Below are positions 25,823 through 44,584 of a stretch of 64,000 nt of DNA, piece by piece. This DNA is from Hormiphora californensis (Eukaryota > Animalia > Ctenophora): assembly GCA_020137815.1 (NCBI GenBank), contig CM035356.1:744001-808000 (forward strand), given 5' to 3'. The position numbers were made by a program, and so were the translations under genes. Every line of letters starts with the position of its first letter. Within the stretch, counting starts at the first letter, position 1. The notes under the pieces were generated by a model, which did no database searches, was not told the DNA's origin, and was given only the letters and a program-made list of their open reading frames with translations.

Positions 25823-26745
25823 GTATCAGTGCTATAACATCTATAACCCCCTTCTAGTGTTGTATTGTTATGAGTGCAGTGGAGATTCGTATGATGATTG
25901 TTCTGCTACGAATATGATCACAAAGGAGTGCAGCAAGGGTAATAATTTTGTTATTTCTGTTGTTACATTTGAGCTGTGTTGGATGGTATAGTCCATTTTT
26001 ATTCAACTGTTCACCCCCAAAGGCACCAGTTAGAGATTCCCGAGCATCAGTTCCCAAGCTGTATGGTCGGCAAGCAAGTGAGTGCTGACATGCGCGTTAG
26101 CTATACTTTCCATTAAATTTACGTGACGCGCAGCAATGTCGCATGGTTCCCACAGAACCATCTGCAGGCCCGGGCATCAAGATGGCCGGGCATGCAGGAA
26201 CGCGCCGTGCCCTGATATCAGGGAGCGCCCCCCTGATATCAGGGTATCAATCTGTAACTGGTGCGAAACTCCCCCAAACAGTTGAAAAATGGACTGTGAG
26301 CTGCTAACTCGTTGGTCTACTAATTATATTCCCACTTTTTCTGTTTAACCCTTTGAGGCCATATATCGGAGTATCAGGTGTTTTGCATTCTGTTTAACAA
26401 CACTTTTCAATTTCAGATGCAAACGCATGTTACCGCAAAGTGAAAGTTTTCAAAACGGGGGATATCTCTGTGACACATGGTTGTATGGCAGAATCTAACT
26501 GTACATCCTTCGACACTGGTAATAATATATCTCTCTCTTTCCTTCTCTCTTCCCTCCCGATCTATCCCTCCCAGTCGACAGTCCCTCCCTCCCTCCCTAC
26601 TAACTCCCTCTTTCCCTCCCTCTGCCCTAACCCCACTAACCCCACTCTCTCACTCCAGAGTGTAATAGTGACGATGAAAACAGTCAGTGTTATTGTAACG
26701 CCTGTACAACTACCAAATGTAACTCACTCTTCCAAATCATGTTTG
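23877..26745 (+). CDS. Secreted or membrane protein with one SRCR domain followed by a three-finger (Ly6/uPAR, LU) domain; multi-exon, ends uncertain
   Basis: Exons ~24203-24268 (LRIVSELNAQ..AGR), ~24474-24613 (LEVCLP..WNTVCDDQF), ~24921-25024 (AAHAICK), ~25159 (NLLDELDCPE) and ~25415-25537 (..NCQHLEDVFIEC) give the SRCR. Exons ~25858-25938 (LYCYECSG..C..C), 26417-26518 (ACY..HGC..C) and ~26659-26744 (CYCNACTTTKCN) give the LU. A signal peptide MLLLLLL.VSA at 23877 needs a 1-nt correction. Confidence 0.65.
24004..24425. repeat. Intronic (GTTT)n/(GTCT)n and (CAAA/CAGA)n microsatellite tracts
   Basis: Directly visible on both sides of the exon at ~24203-24268. Confidence 0.9.
24679..24860. mobile_element. 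Degenerate MITE with imperfect TIRs (intronic)
   Basis: CGGTCGCTTGTAGT..ATACAGTAAG..GACGCGCA mirrored by TGCGCGTCTCCTTACTGTAT..ACTACAAGC. Confidence 0.45.
25555..25823. repeat. (GACA)n microsatellite
   Basis: Directly visible; it generates the RQTD/SVCL pseudo-ORFs. Confidence 0.95.
25990..26296. mobile_element. MITE in an intron of the SRCR-LU gene
   Basis: AGTCCATTTTT(AT)TCAACTGTT mirrored by AACAGTTGAAAAATGGACT. Confidence 0.5.
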
Positions 26746-27459
26746 TAAGTTAATCATCCTATATTTTATCCCTGGTTACCATGGTAACAATTCACTTACT
26801 GACTAAATCCACTAGATCTTTTGTCTCATATACGACTGTCCTCTCGGTGTAACAGCTTAGTGCGTGTGATATAACAGTCACAGCCTGACAATATATCTCT
26901 TGTTACCATGACAACATGGAACTTATTTTTCTAAATCATAATGCTAACCATTATCTCCGTTTCAGGCTGATTTTGGGTCCTATAGTATTCAGTTTGGATC
27001 TTTGGTCGAATGGTGGATTGCTAACTTCACTTATCTGATGAGGATTGCACATTTTGATCTGACCGTCTTTTCCGAGATTTTCTCTGGTAGCAGTTAGTGT
27101 AATTGACTCTAGGTTTTTGGACCGTACCTTGATTTTCTGTGAGGGATCTCAATTCTCATTTCTCCTTATGTTAATATTATCAACTAATTATTGGACTCTG
27201 CTAGATCGGGGCTGTGCGAGAGTGTTTTTTTGATCCGGGGGAACACATGTTAATTATTTATTGATTTGAGGTTTTCTATCCCCACAAGATCGGACAATGA
27301 TTATGCTTTAAAACATATCAAAATAAATGTACAAAACTCTAAAACTCCAGTAACACGTACATAGCTCACCTAAATGTCCCTATAAAACAATGGTAACCAT
27401 GGTAACCTAATGATTCTAAACAATGGTAACCATGGTAACCGAACATTCCACCTATACAA

Positions 27460-30383
27460 TTAATGAACCCCGTCTAAAGCGGTTAGATGTCTCTCTGATA
27501 TGAGTTGTGGTAGAATCCTCTCTCTAATTGGCATCAATAGGATGATCACAAAGGGGAAGAACATCTTTAGGTAGGTGGACCCCCCAAAGGATACCAGACA
27601 CAGGGCACCAAGCTGGAGGAGCTGGAGAAGGGTGAAGCAGTGGATGATTTTCTGGGGGACCCTCCTGACGTAATGGAGGGGTGGGTAGAGAGTCTGTTCG
27701 GTGAAGATCAGCACGAACCTCTCCCACATCTGGAATTCTTCAAGTGATGTTATGGCGAGGTAAACAAAGATACCGTAGAAAACTGGGATAGGAATGAGGT
27801 TGAGGGGGTGTGGGATCAGGAGAACGGACACCCCAATCAGAATACCGGATACAAGATTAGTTAGCCGTGTCTCCCTCACATAAACCACATTTTCCTTCAA
27901 ATGTCCGTTTCTATCCTCTCCTCGATATCAGCTAACCCTCGAACGTGAAGGGGAGAGTGGGGCAGGGAACCATGCACCCAGGGCAGACAGAAGAGGGAAA
28001 GGACCGCGTTAATTAGACCAGTAACAAACATATCCAGATGGAACGCTGACCCTTTCCGTAGTTTATTAGCAGGGTTATTCACCACACTCTCTGATATGTT
28101 ACCCTCCATGAAGATCAGGATGGACATTACAAAACCAAGTCCTATTGAGGAGAACACTGCCACTGTAGAAGGGGCTTTGAATTCCACAAACTTAAACAAA
28201 GTAGCATCCTCCGCAACTTTGAACGTTTCCAGATGGATTTCTTTAAACACGTAGCTGCCTAGAGCTGTTGAAGCGATGACAGCAACAACTAGAGCGTAGT
28301 CAGCCACCAGGACTCTCTTATCAGCGTTAAGATAGGGGCTGTACTTGAAGTTGAAGATCTGCACTCCCACATAGACCGTTATCAGGATTAGAAGAAGGGC
28401 TAGGAGGGGTTTCTGGGGGTCACACAGGGCCAACTCCTCCACTGTTAGCGTTGTGTTGACGTGTGCAAAACAGTAGAACGTATCAAACTCTGTCTTGACG
28501 AACTTGCAGGAATCCACAAGGAAGGCGATAGAGATGAACATTCCCACAATCTCCTCTGTAGACCGGGAACAGTAGATCATGATCTTGACTAGCTCCAGTA
28601 ACCCCGTACAGAATCAAAAAGAGAGAGTTCACAATACCGACCATTGCATAGAAAGTGGGAAAGAAACTTCCCATCCTCCTCCCAGTTGAGACTCACCGTG
28701 TAGATGATCTTTGTGTATATTACCATTGGGATAGGTCGTCCTGACAACCACCTAGGGGCTGACCAGACAGAATGGCCCAGGCGATACTGCTGAACCCCTG
28801 AGAAATAACAACTTTCCGTGCGTCTATGTACCCGCCAGTGTTCTTGTAGTCCAGGACACCGAATGCTATCCCGGGTAGGAGTAGCGAGAAGTAGAGAAAG
28901 AGAGTAGAGGAGATGATTTTAGGGAATACTTTTCCGATCTTTAAAGTGGGTGAAAGTCACTGATGTAGTGTTTAGCTCTGATTCTTGATATTCTAGCCGA
29001 GGTCCCTACCTGGGAACCAGGGGTCCTCCTGAACCGGACTACTCTTCTCGCTCTTCAAACTCTTAGAAGTAAGCTCTCTCCTTCGAATCTGGTGAACCCG
29101 GTGAACCCGAGTACATTCCACCTCAAATTCCTTGTGCGAATTCCGCGGGAGAGTGGGTGTTTAGAAGATTGTGTCGGAGTCGCTCATCCGCTAGGAGTGT
29201 GGCATACGTCCTTGCCACCTGTACAGCTGACTTTGTGTGTTTAGTCCTGCTAGGACAGAGAACAAGACAAATAAACCTGATCTCCTCGGCACCCTTTCCA
29301 AAGTTAAACGGTTGGTCTAACAGTGCCATGGCAACGTGATTCTCACTGACAGTGTTGACCTGACCAATAACCACAATAAAGCTCTGCTCTGTGACTGGAC
29401 CCTTCGTTGTCTCGGTAATACCCTGGATACACTCTGGGATCACATAGTCCGCATCATTGCTGATTAGAGATTTCATTATCAGGTCAACGTCAAGGTTGGC
29501 ATCTGGTTTATCAGTACACAGTCTGCAGATCATCTCTTGGGCAATGTCCTCCCATAGCGTGTGTCGAACCTGGCAAAGGGAGGGGAGGTGTCAGAGTTGT
29601 AGAATGCATGTTTTGGGTAGACGGGGAGACGGGGTGGGGGTTCGAGTTGTAAAGTTATTGTGAGACTATGAGTGGGGTCTGTAATCACCTTGAATAATGC
29701 CACTGGTCTCTCAAGAAACTTCTCCACGTCCCTCATAGCACGTGCATCAAGATGGAAATCCTTTAGTCTCAACAGTTTCCTCTTTGTATGGTACAACTTG
29801 CTAGCAACATGATACTGATGTACCTGAGAGTTAACAACCCCTGAAAAACTTGCATTCCTCTTCTTTTTGAGATTATTCTGCACTTCAACAAATGCTGAAT
29901 TCCATCTTGAAGAGGCAGGGGTCATCTTAGTAGTATCAGCCAGGACACGCTTTCTTGGCCCAATTGGGGGTATTGTGTTATCAAGTGTGTCCCCTTCTTC
30001 ATCTCCTGTTGAGGTACTGGAAGTGTCGGAGGAGCTGGAATCCGGGGTCCCAGTCCATGGTGTGTCGATTGTGGTGGAGTTGTTGGATTGGACTTGTATC
30101 ACAGCTGATGATGTTGCCCCACTATCTATTATCGGGTCTAGTGATCCCTGCAGCTCTGGGGATGGGAAAGGGTTAGAATTTACATATCCTGAGTTCTCTA
30201 CTAGTAAGAAAGAGGATGAAACATGGAACGTGATCCTAATTGTGTATCCTGTCATGTAACTTCTAGAATGTAAGATGTGAGCAGCTCTGTGTAACCTGTT
30301 TTTTCAAGAGTATAGTCGTCCACGGCAAGGTCTGATTTAGGTGTTGTCTTCTGATCCTTTAGCTCATAATACTGTTCCGCCAT
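27460..30383 (-). CDS. SLC4A11: SLC4A11-like (BTR1/NaBC1) anion-exchanger family transporter; one short intron, several frameshifts
   Basis: Motifs LPWVHGSLPHSPLHVRGLA, VRETRLTNL, EQTLYPPLHYVRRVPQKIIHCFT and LKMFFPF are characteristic of SLC4A11. The cytoplasmic domain contains NFG..EEIRFICLVLCP..KSAVQVARTYATL. Probable ATG at 30383 (MAEQYYELK), intron ~30295-30198. Confidence 0.85.
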
Positions 30384-30418
30384 TACCTGTTTAGTAACAG
30401 GAGGTTGAGCTTGGATTA

Positions 30419-31968
30419 CAAGGTGGCCCATAAATTATGATAGCGGGGGACGAGCCGTACCTCCGAAACGGTGATAGTTGTGCAAAAACAAACTACGGGA
30501 ACATGCTGGAACAATTCCTGGACGACTTTTTGCAAATTATGAAATTTTTATTCAAAAGTTCATTTTTCATTCATGAACTTTCTACACGTTCATTAATGAA
30601 TTAAGGACTCTAATTTCCCGAGAGTTAGGCATTTTGTTTGGGTTGAATTTATCTTTCCAATGAGCACCATAAAAATCAAATTGAAGCACCAGGTCACATG
30701 GCAGTTGAGAAAATGCACATGCATGAATTTGGCTCTTCCTGCGACATTCAATCGGCTGTATCACGGCTAACTTTTGTTCAATCGTTTTAAAAATTTGGGA
30801 GAACATCGGATAAGCAAAGATCTTTCCTCACAAGAAAAATCAAGGTCAAAACTCAAAGTTCATTTTCATATGTTGGTAGTTCATTCCACTCATTCAGGAA
30901 CCAGCATCCCTAAAGTGATAAAAAGTGGTGGTTTTTGTTTGGCCCATTCCCTGCAATGATAGAGAGGTGTAAAATACGTTTCCGGGCTAGTTAGTGGGTG
31001 TCCATGTGATCATGATGATATCTGACACCTTTGCTGAGCCATAATTAAGGGATTTTCTCAAATTCAAGCATGTGATTTGAGTTTTTGCGATTGGTATCGT
31101 GCAGCAATGTTGAGAGATCTCATAGCACCTCAAAAATGATGATTAATTCAATGAAAGAAGTTGATTTATGATCGTTTAGTTCATTTTGACGTCTGTTTTA
31201 ATCTTTTCTATCATAAATCGACTCATTTCATTGAACTAATCATCATTTTTGAGGTGCTATGAGATCTCTCAACATTGCTGCACGACACCAATCGCAAAAA
31301 CTCAAATCACATGCTTGAATTTGAGAAAATTCCTTAATTATGGCTCAGCAAAGGTGTCAGATATCATCATGATCACATGGACACCCACTAACTAGCCCGG
31401 AAACGTATTTTTTACACCTCTCTATCATTGCAGGGAATGGGCCAAACAAAAACCGCCACTTTTCATCACTTTAGGGATGCTGGTTCCTGAATGAGTGGAA
31501 TGAACTACCAACATATGAAAATGAACTTTGAGTTTTGACCTTGATTTTTCTTGTGAGGAAAGATCTTTGCTTATCCGATGTTCTCCCAAATTTTTAAAAC
31601 GATTGAACAAAAGTTAGCCGTGATACAGCCGATTGAATGTCGCAGGAAGAGCCAAATTCATGCATGTGCATTTTCTCAACTGCCATGTGACCTGGTGCTT
31701 CAATTTGATTTTTATGGTGCTCATTGGAAAGATAAATTCAACCCAAACAAAATGCCTAACTCTCGGGAAATTAGAGTCCTTAATTCATTAATGAACGTGT
31801 AGAAAGTTCATGAATGAAAAATGAACTTTTGAAAAAAAATTTCATAATTTGCAAAAAGTCGTCCAGGAATTGTTCCAGCATGTTCCCGTAGTTTGTTTTT
31901 GCGCAACTATCACCGTTTCGGAGGTACGGCTCCTCCCCCGCTACTATCATAATTTATGGGCCACCTTG
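30419..31968. mobile_element. 1.55-kb foldback element (~750-bp inverted arms, ~40-bp spacer), TA TSD, Tc1/mariner-type ends
   Basis: TA|CAAGGTGGCCCATAAATTATGATAG ... CTATCATAATTTATGGGCCACCTTG|TA. The mirrored ORFs 30582-30806(-)/31578-31802(+) and 30774-30959(+)/31425-31610(-) confirm the symmetry. Confidence 0.92.
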
Positions 31969-34900
31969 TATATGTGGTGATGAATATTATAGCTGGTTTA
32001 ACAAAAATAAAAGGTAGAGATTCTTTCGAATCCGAGGTATCTGAGGGTTGGGCAGATCACGCGAGACGGTGCCATTTTTACGTTAACTGAGGTAAAAAGA
32101 CTAGAGGAAAATAAAACGTTAAGTTCAATTTATGAACAAAAAAGTATGCAATCAACGAAGCTGGAAATGTCTAGGGAAGGCCAAGTGAAAGTACCTATAA
32201 AGATCTCAATCTTTACAGAGAGAGAGACGGGGTTATTAAAAATATCTTGCTTCTCTGGAAGGTACAGTGCAGGAGAGGGTTTTACAAATGATTTTAGAAA
32301 TGGAGGTCAGAGTGAGAGGGAGGGAGGGAGGGAGAGATAGAGAGTCGGAGATGATCCGCTTGAAGTGCATATAATTTTAACAACCTAAAATAATCCTCCC
32401 CTCATCTTGCTCAAGCGATCAGCTCTGTATCTCTCTAAACTATTTATATCTCTCTAGTTGCATGCATAGTTACTACTCAGAGTTTTTACGCAGATTATCA
32501 CACACACAACTTCTGAAATATAGGGGCATATGTAACACAAGAGATATTTGATTATTTGAGAGTAGTAGGTGTAGGAGGGAATATGAAATTGTGACGGATT
32601 AATAAAACGTTATTTTGTAAAGAGGAAATCACTAGGGGAGGATAGAAATCTCCAGAAATACGAATATGGGACAAGGGTACTGGGTAGCTACTCTGATACT
32701 CAAGTTTCAGCTTCACAAATAGGTTACAAACAATTAGTTGGAGCAACAATTCAGCTATGTGGCACTGCTGCAGGTGGCCAAGTGTATAGTTGTTGTTGTG
32801 AAAGGGGAGACCCCTCAGTGGGGTGTACCTTTACGAACGAGGACCAAAGTGTTCGTTGTTGAGTTCGTGAAAGAAAGGCTCTAGGTGGCATTGGAATTAT
32901 ACAATCCTATTTAAAAACTGGATCAAGGATAACACAATTCTCTAGCGTTCTATTCTTTCACGCCATCGAATTTGTAACTTGCAAGAGGGATGTATCCATG
33001 CAATAAAAAGCTCATACACACTACACTTTATCTACAGCTTAACTTCTATGAAACATTTCTAGCGACTCATCCAAAGGATTAAAAGACTGGGCGAAGTGTT
33101 CAGTAAAATTCAGATCTGTTTATATTCGGTCGGCAACTTTCAATTCTATACAAGTGTGTGTGCACTAGACGTCTTGGCAAATGTATTGTCAATATACACG
33201 ATTACACACTATAATACGTTCAACGCAGTGTAGCTGTACACTAACAAGATGTGTGTTACAAGCAAAGAAATGCTCTTCCTGTCTTATCATATCTCGTATC
33301 TAGTAGATACTATCTACACGGTAGGAATAGAATATGGAATCCATATTTCCTTCCATATTGGAAACATGTACCTAACTCATACTACAAAATATATGAATGT
33401 GTTTAGTTTTGTTTGCATGAAGCCTAATTGGAGTGTGTAGCATTGAAGTTGGTCCCGGTACCTACACAGTTTTATCACTTTTTGAAGTTGCAGAATTTGG
33501 GCCGAGGGGCAACATAATGATTAGATTATTCCAGCAGCTATCGGAACGATATTCTCGAAATTAGTGTTTCACCATATTTCGTACACTGGTTTGTGTGTAG
33601 GTACATTGTTCCACAACGTCACAAATTCATGGGGTTTGTACTTTGAACGCGGTCGACGAATGGTTCGGATGTAATGAAAAGGGTCCGGTTTCCGCGCACC
33701 ATACACTCATCTGCACGTGCGGATTTCAGAGCCGCGCGATAACGAGGGTGGTAAGGACCAAAAGTTGACATGTTCCTTGTTAGCTCTCACACCGGGCCTT
33801 CAGACAGACTGCATGGTCCCGGACGAAACAGGCATGGCGCTGACTTAACACTGTCACAGTGCAGTGACAGGTTGAGGAACAACATGACACTAGGCAGACC
33901 ATTGGTGAGACATCCTCCACCATCCTGTGTACTCATGGGTTCAAAATGAACCGTTTATGAACCAACTCTCTCTTACCGAGAGAAGCAGTATAACTTGCGA
34001 GTCGCTGATCACCACAGCCTTGAAAGCCCTAGCTTTTTTGACGTCAGATAAGACCCCCATTTAGCAAATTGAAACACGTATAATTTACAGAATTCGTTTT
34101 AAATTGTACAATATGATACTCACATAATGAGATACACAGTATGTATACACACTTTTCACCTAGCATAACAAAAAACCCGTCTGCGATACTGTCTTTAGTA
34201 AAAAACCACGAGACGGGCTCTCCCCTGAACTCTCTCTCTCAGTTCATCCATCATTGAATTATAATAGTTTGCTAAACGAGAACACGGTCCCGATTTAGGC
34301 TGCTGAGTTCCTTACTCAACAAGATTTAGGCTGCTGAGTTCCTTTTAGATTTAACGAAGTGCAGGTAACCCTGAAATAAGAGAGAGAGAATTGTTAATTA
34401 ATTGTCGTGCAACACTGCACAAGTTGTTTTTATAAACAATGTTAAACCTCGTCTAGTCAGACGGCTAGCCAGACGCGGGAGAGGCCGGGCTCACGCCGCG
34501 CACTGAAATGGGCCTCTGGCTGTGACACACTGAAAGCTGAAATGATGGACTTTTTATGAAGCGCAGACGCGCGGAGTTCACTGCTGGGCAGGGAGTCTCT
34601 CTTGTATGTAGAGAAATATCGATTACATAATTTATATGTAGAACTATGTCATAATGTGGGGCCCTATAACTAATATCACATCATGGAAAAGACACAATAG
34701 ACATTCAATGACACAACACCACCCAAAGTTATCCACATGACACAAGATATTTAACATACAGCTGATGGATCTGGTTGGGTATCTGCAACAGAATCTGGAT
34801 TAAACATGTTTTGTTAAACTGGACACATAGAAACTATTTTGGGAATAGCCGACCACTAAGTCAGAAATGAGAAATCCACGTGGATTTGATAACTAGTGGT

Positions 34901-35044
34901 TTTGTTAGTGTTGATTCCTTACTGCTTACATAACAGTGCCGCTAAAATATTAAATTTCCCGCTATTTTGTTTGCTATTGCTATAGCTGTTATGCTAGAAA
35001 ATCAAATTCCCCGCTATTTTCTACCTGCGGAGGATATAGAATCA

Positions 35045-41153
<6,109 letters not shown>

Positions 41154-41667
41154 GCCTGGTGTTGGTGTGTTGACAGGTGGATGTCCACTTTACGGGGGGT
41201 CTTCATGGATAAAACGACATGTGATCTTTCTAGGTAAATTTATTAGATAGTTAGTTAATTAATTAAGAGGGCTGTGTTTTTCCGCACTGAGAATGAAAAT
41301 ACGATACCATTATGAGTATATAATAAACTGCAAAAAAATTAATAACCCATGTATAAAAACTTATATGAAAATTAATGGTTAAAAACTGTTACCCATGACA
41401 TGACAGGGGCACATCATAACTGATGCGTTCTTCATTTCTTCCCACTTCCCGTTTTACATGAAAAGATTACCACGGTAGATCCAACCAGGATCACTACCAT
41501 CACTATAACTGCTGTCATCATTGTTCTCGTAATCGAAATCTCTATTGGTGGCCGTTCGTTCAGCGGTATCTAAGCGACAGACTGCTCCTTCATAAAACAC
41601 TTCATGTACCCAAAGCTGTAAAGCTGCCATTTACACTTTTGGAACTTCCAGTGGAAGTTTGGTAATA

Positions 41668-41833
41668 TTTTCAAATGACTTTTAACATGCCAGTCCCCAT
41701 AGTTACCACTCCAGTTGCCATGGCAACCGTGTTATTGACGTTGAAAGGGGCTAAAAGAACCACACGGCGAAGCCGGGTGGGTTTAGGGTTATCAAAAAGC
41801 CCTTACTTCAAGCGCACCCAATGGGTGCGCTAG
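41668..41833 (+). mobile_element. Possible small non-autonomous Helitron-like element (left end uncertain)
   Basis: Ends in the hairpin GCGCACCCA-A-TGGGTGCGC directly followed by TAG|T (CTAG/T), resembling a Helitron 3' end. Confidence 0.35.
41714..41727. promoter_or_regulatory. Perfect RFX X-box palindrome GTTGCCATGGCAAC, ~560 bp upstream of the AGBL5 ATG
   Basis: Exact match to the canonical X-box. Function is not shown, and similar motifs are frequent in this window. Confidence 0.35.
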
Positions 41834-44243
41834 TAAATTAAATGATCAGATTCATCCTCATTTGGATATTCACCATCTTCAACTTCATCAAACTCTGGTT
41901 CACTAAATTCATCATCAGAAAGATCAAGGTATCTACTTAGGAACCGGCGATAATATCGAATCGAATCGAAAGATCGAGAGATCGAATCGAATCGAATCGA
42001 ATCGAGTAGTTTTTTGAGCTCAGAGATCGAATCGAGATCGAATCGAGATTTTTTGACCGCCCAAAGATCGAATCGAGATTTTTTGAACCCTCAAAGATCG
42101 AATCGAGATCGAATCGAGTAGTTTTCATCGTCCAAAGATCGAATCAAGATCGAATCGAAAGTTTTTGAACGCTTAAAGATCGAATCGAGATCGAATCGAA
42201 AATTTTTTATCACCCAAAGATCGAATCGAAATCGAATCGATATTTTTTGAACCCCAAAAAATCGAATCGAAATCGAATCGATATTTTCCAATCGCCCAAA
42301 GATCGAATCGAGATCGAATCGATAAATTTTGATCGGTCGCCCAAAAATCGAATCGGGATCGAGAAGAAAATATCAAGAATCTTCGGTTCCTAGCCAGTAG
42401 AAACCGGCGATATTATGGGATCGAATCGAAAGATCGAAAGATCGAATCGAATCGAGATCGAATCGAAAGTTTTTGATCGAACAAAGATCGAATCGAGATC
42501 GAATCGATATTTTTTGTTCGCCCAAAAATCGAATCGAGATCGAATCGATATATTTTGAACACCGAAAGATCGAATCGAGATCGAATCGAAAGTTTTTCAA
42601 CCCTCAAAGATCGAATCGAGATCGAATCGAAATTTTTTGATCGCTCAAAGATCGAATCGAGATCGAATCGAAAATTTTTGAACCCCAAAAGATCGAATCG
42701 AGATCGAATCGATATTTTTGAATCGCCGAAAGATCGAATCGAGATCGAATCGAAATTTTTTGATTGCTCAAAGATTGAATCGGGATCGAATCGAATTTTG
42801 GTCGTTCAAAAAAAGATCGAGACCGAATTGAGAAAAAAATATCTGGTATCGCCGGTTCCTACTTCTACTGCTTTTCAATAAAATGAACTTAGGAAAGTCA
42901 CGCTCGCTCGCGTCACGTCCCAGATCATGTGCATCAATTACATCAGGCCACAGGTGATCAGGATAAACGATTTTAAGCCTAACATCGTTAACACTCTCAT
43001 ATCTTCCATGAGATTCGTGAAGGAATGTTCCTTCAATATTAGCACAATAGCCGAGATATAATTCTTTCAGATTCTTGAGCGTTAGGATAGCCTCTGTGAC
43101 CTCCCTATCTGTAATCCCAGCTGAACGTTCCAATGATACGTTTTGTAACGAGGCACATTGGGGCAACCAGTTGTAACCAAACTCGGCTACTTTGTCCCCA
43201 TTCAATGTAAGGTCTTTTAACTGTGTGAGGTTAGTTATTAGATGCAAATTGCTACAGTTTAGAGCCCAATTTGGAGCACATTCGACGCACAGGCTGTGCA
43301 GCCCTCGGTTTTTCACGATAAACGGCAGCAACGCATCCAAGCGAAACCCAACTTCATTCAGTTCCAATGTTTTCAGGCTTGGTGCTGAACTCAGGAAGTG
43401 CTGCAACTGTTTTGTGTAGTCAACACTCATATCGGTCTCCTTTCTCCCTTTGTTTATGGGTGTCACTGTCAAGTGATTCAGCTTCGGAAGGGGGTGAAGT
43501 GATTGTTGGAGTTGGTCAAGTCTCTTGAGAACCTGAGCTGGGATTGCAAGAGTCTCCAAGGTATCGTGAAACCAAATCAAAATATGATGAAATGTTCGAG
43601 GTGGAATATCCTGACAGTAATCAAGATACAGACTTTTTAAGTGGTTGGTCCGTAATCTGTTAACAATGCATTTCCCAGTGACGTCCGTGTTGTTAGAAAG
43701 ACGTAGTTCGGAAAGGAACGGCAAGTTGCGAATCATCAAATCCAGCGATTTCTCATCAAGCCCGATACAGGATACCATTACAAGTTCGGTTAGCAAGGGA
43801 GGGGTGTTGATTGAAAACTGGTAGGCGAACTTTTTATCAATACTTGACAATGATAAGCAGGTGAGTTGTGTGCACATCCCAAGGGGTTTTAGAATTTTCA
43901 ACTCCAGTTTACCCATAGTTAGATCAACATCCTTGACATTGCCATGCACCATATCCAATACTCGATCAACGAAATGGTATGGAACCGTGATGTCTTTGCC
44001 GTCTTTGGTATATTTCATGCTCATTGTCGGATCTTTAGACGCATAAACATGTAAAATGGATTTGAAGGACTCACGAGATGCGTTATACCACCGTCTACAA
44101 ACCATTCCGCACTGCAACCGTTCTGTGGGCTGGAGATATGAGAAAATTATCAGAGTGATCTCGTTCGGCAGTTGGTTTAGCGAGGGAAACTGTGACGGAT
44201 TCGGGTCCTCAGTTTTACCGCTAGCATACAATCCAGTCGGCAT
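41830..44243 (-). CDS. F-box/leucine-rich-repeat (FBXL-type) protein, intronless, C-terminus interrupted by a MITE pair
   Basis: F-box LNQLPNEITLIIFSYLQPTERLQCGMVCRRWY followed by LRRs (L..L.LS.N..VT, LKSLYLDYCQDI, LKELYLGYCANI). Removing the MITE pair 41938-42861 plus one TSD copy rejoins ..LLKSSR to YLDLSDDEFSEPEFDEVEDGEYPNEDESDHLIY* in frame. Confidence 0.8.
41938..42861. mobile_element. Two tandem copies (41938-42392, 42398-42861) of a hAT-like MITE filled with GATCGAATCGA repeats
   Basis: TIR TAGGAACCGGCGATA/TATCGCCGGTTCCTA; internal junction CGGTTCCTA-GCCAG-TAGAAACCGGCGATA; flanks TATCTACT/CTTCTACT (6/8 match to an 8-bp TSD). Confidence 0.8.
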
Positions 44244-44584
44244 GTTGCTAGAAAGTTTTAAAAATAGTTTTGGTTAATTGGAAACAATTAGCATTCCAAA
44301 TTATTTACAGTTGCATTGAAGTTCGATTGAAATTGTTTTTAGATTTCAGAAGTCAGAATTCAGAGCGACTTTTTCGGTTGGCAAAAGCTGCTAAAGTCGG
44401 ATTTTTTGAAGTTGTCAGAAGTAAGGGTCCAGTTAGAGATTTTGCGACCGAAGTTAGTTACAATGGTGCAGGCCCCTGCTGACACTGCTGACACTGCCGC
44501 GCGCGCCACTCTAGATGCAAATCACATCGAAAACCCTGCTAGTCAACGAAGATTTCGCGCGCACAGGGACTCTCCCAGCTTGCG

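Noticed and set aside
30582-31802. Duplicated 74-aa and 61-aa ORFs
   Set aside because: Mirror images within foldback arms with no recognisable protein features.
33640-33960. Possible structured RNA/ribozyme or small ORF in a GC-richer island
   Set aside because: No hammerhead (CUGANGA..GAAA) or other recognisable consensus, and no convincing ORF.
41950-42830. CRISPR-like array (GATCGAATCGAGATCGAATCGA repeats with variable spacers)
   Set aside because: Spacers are similar to each other, there are no cas genes, the context is eukaryotic, and the array is bounded by TIRs and a TSD, so these are MITE internal repeats.
41938-42861. Introner (MITE precisely spliced out as a new intron)
   Set aside because: All four GT/AG combinations at the element edges leave a frameshift.
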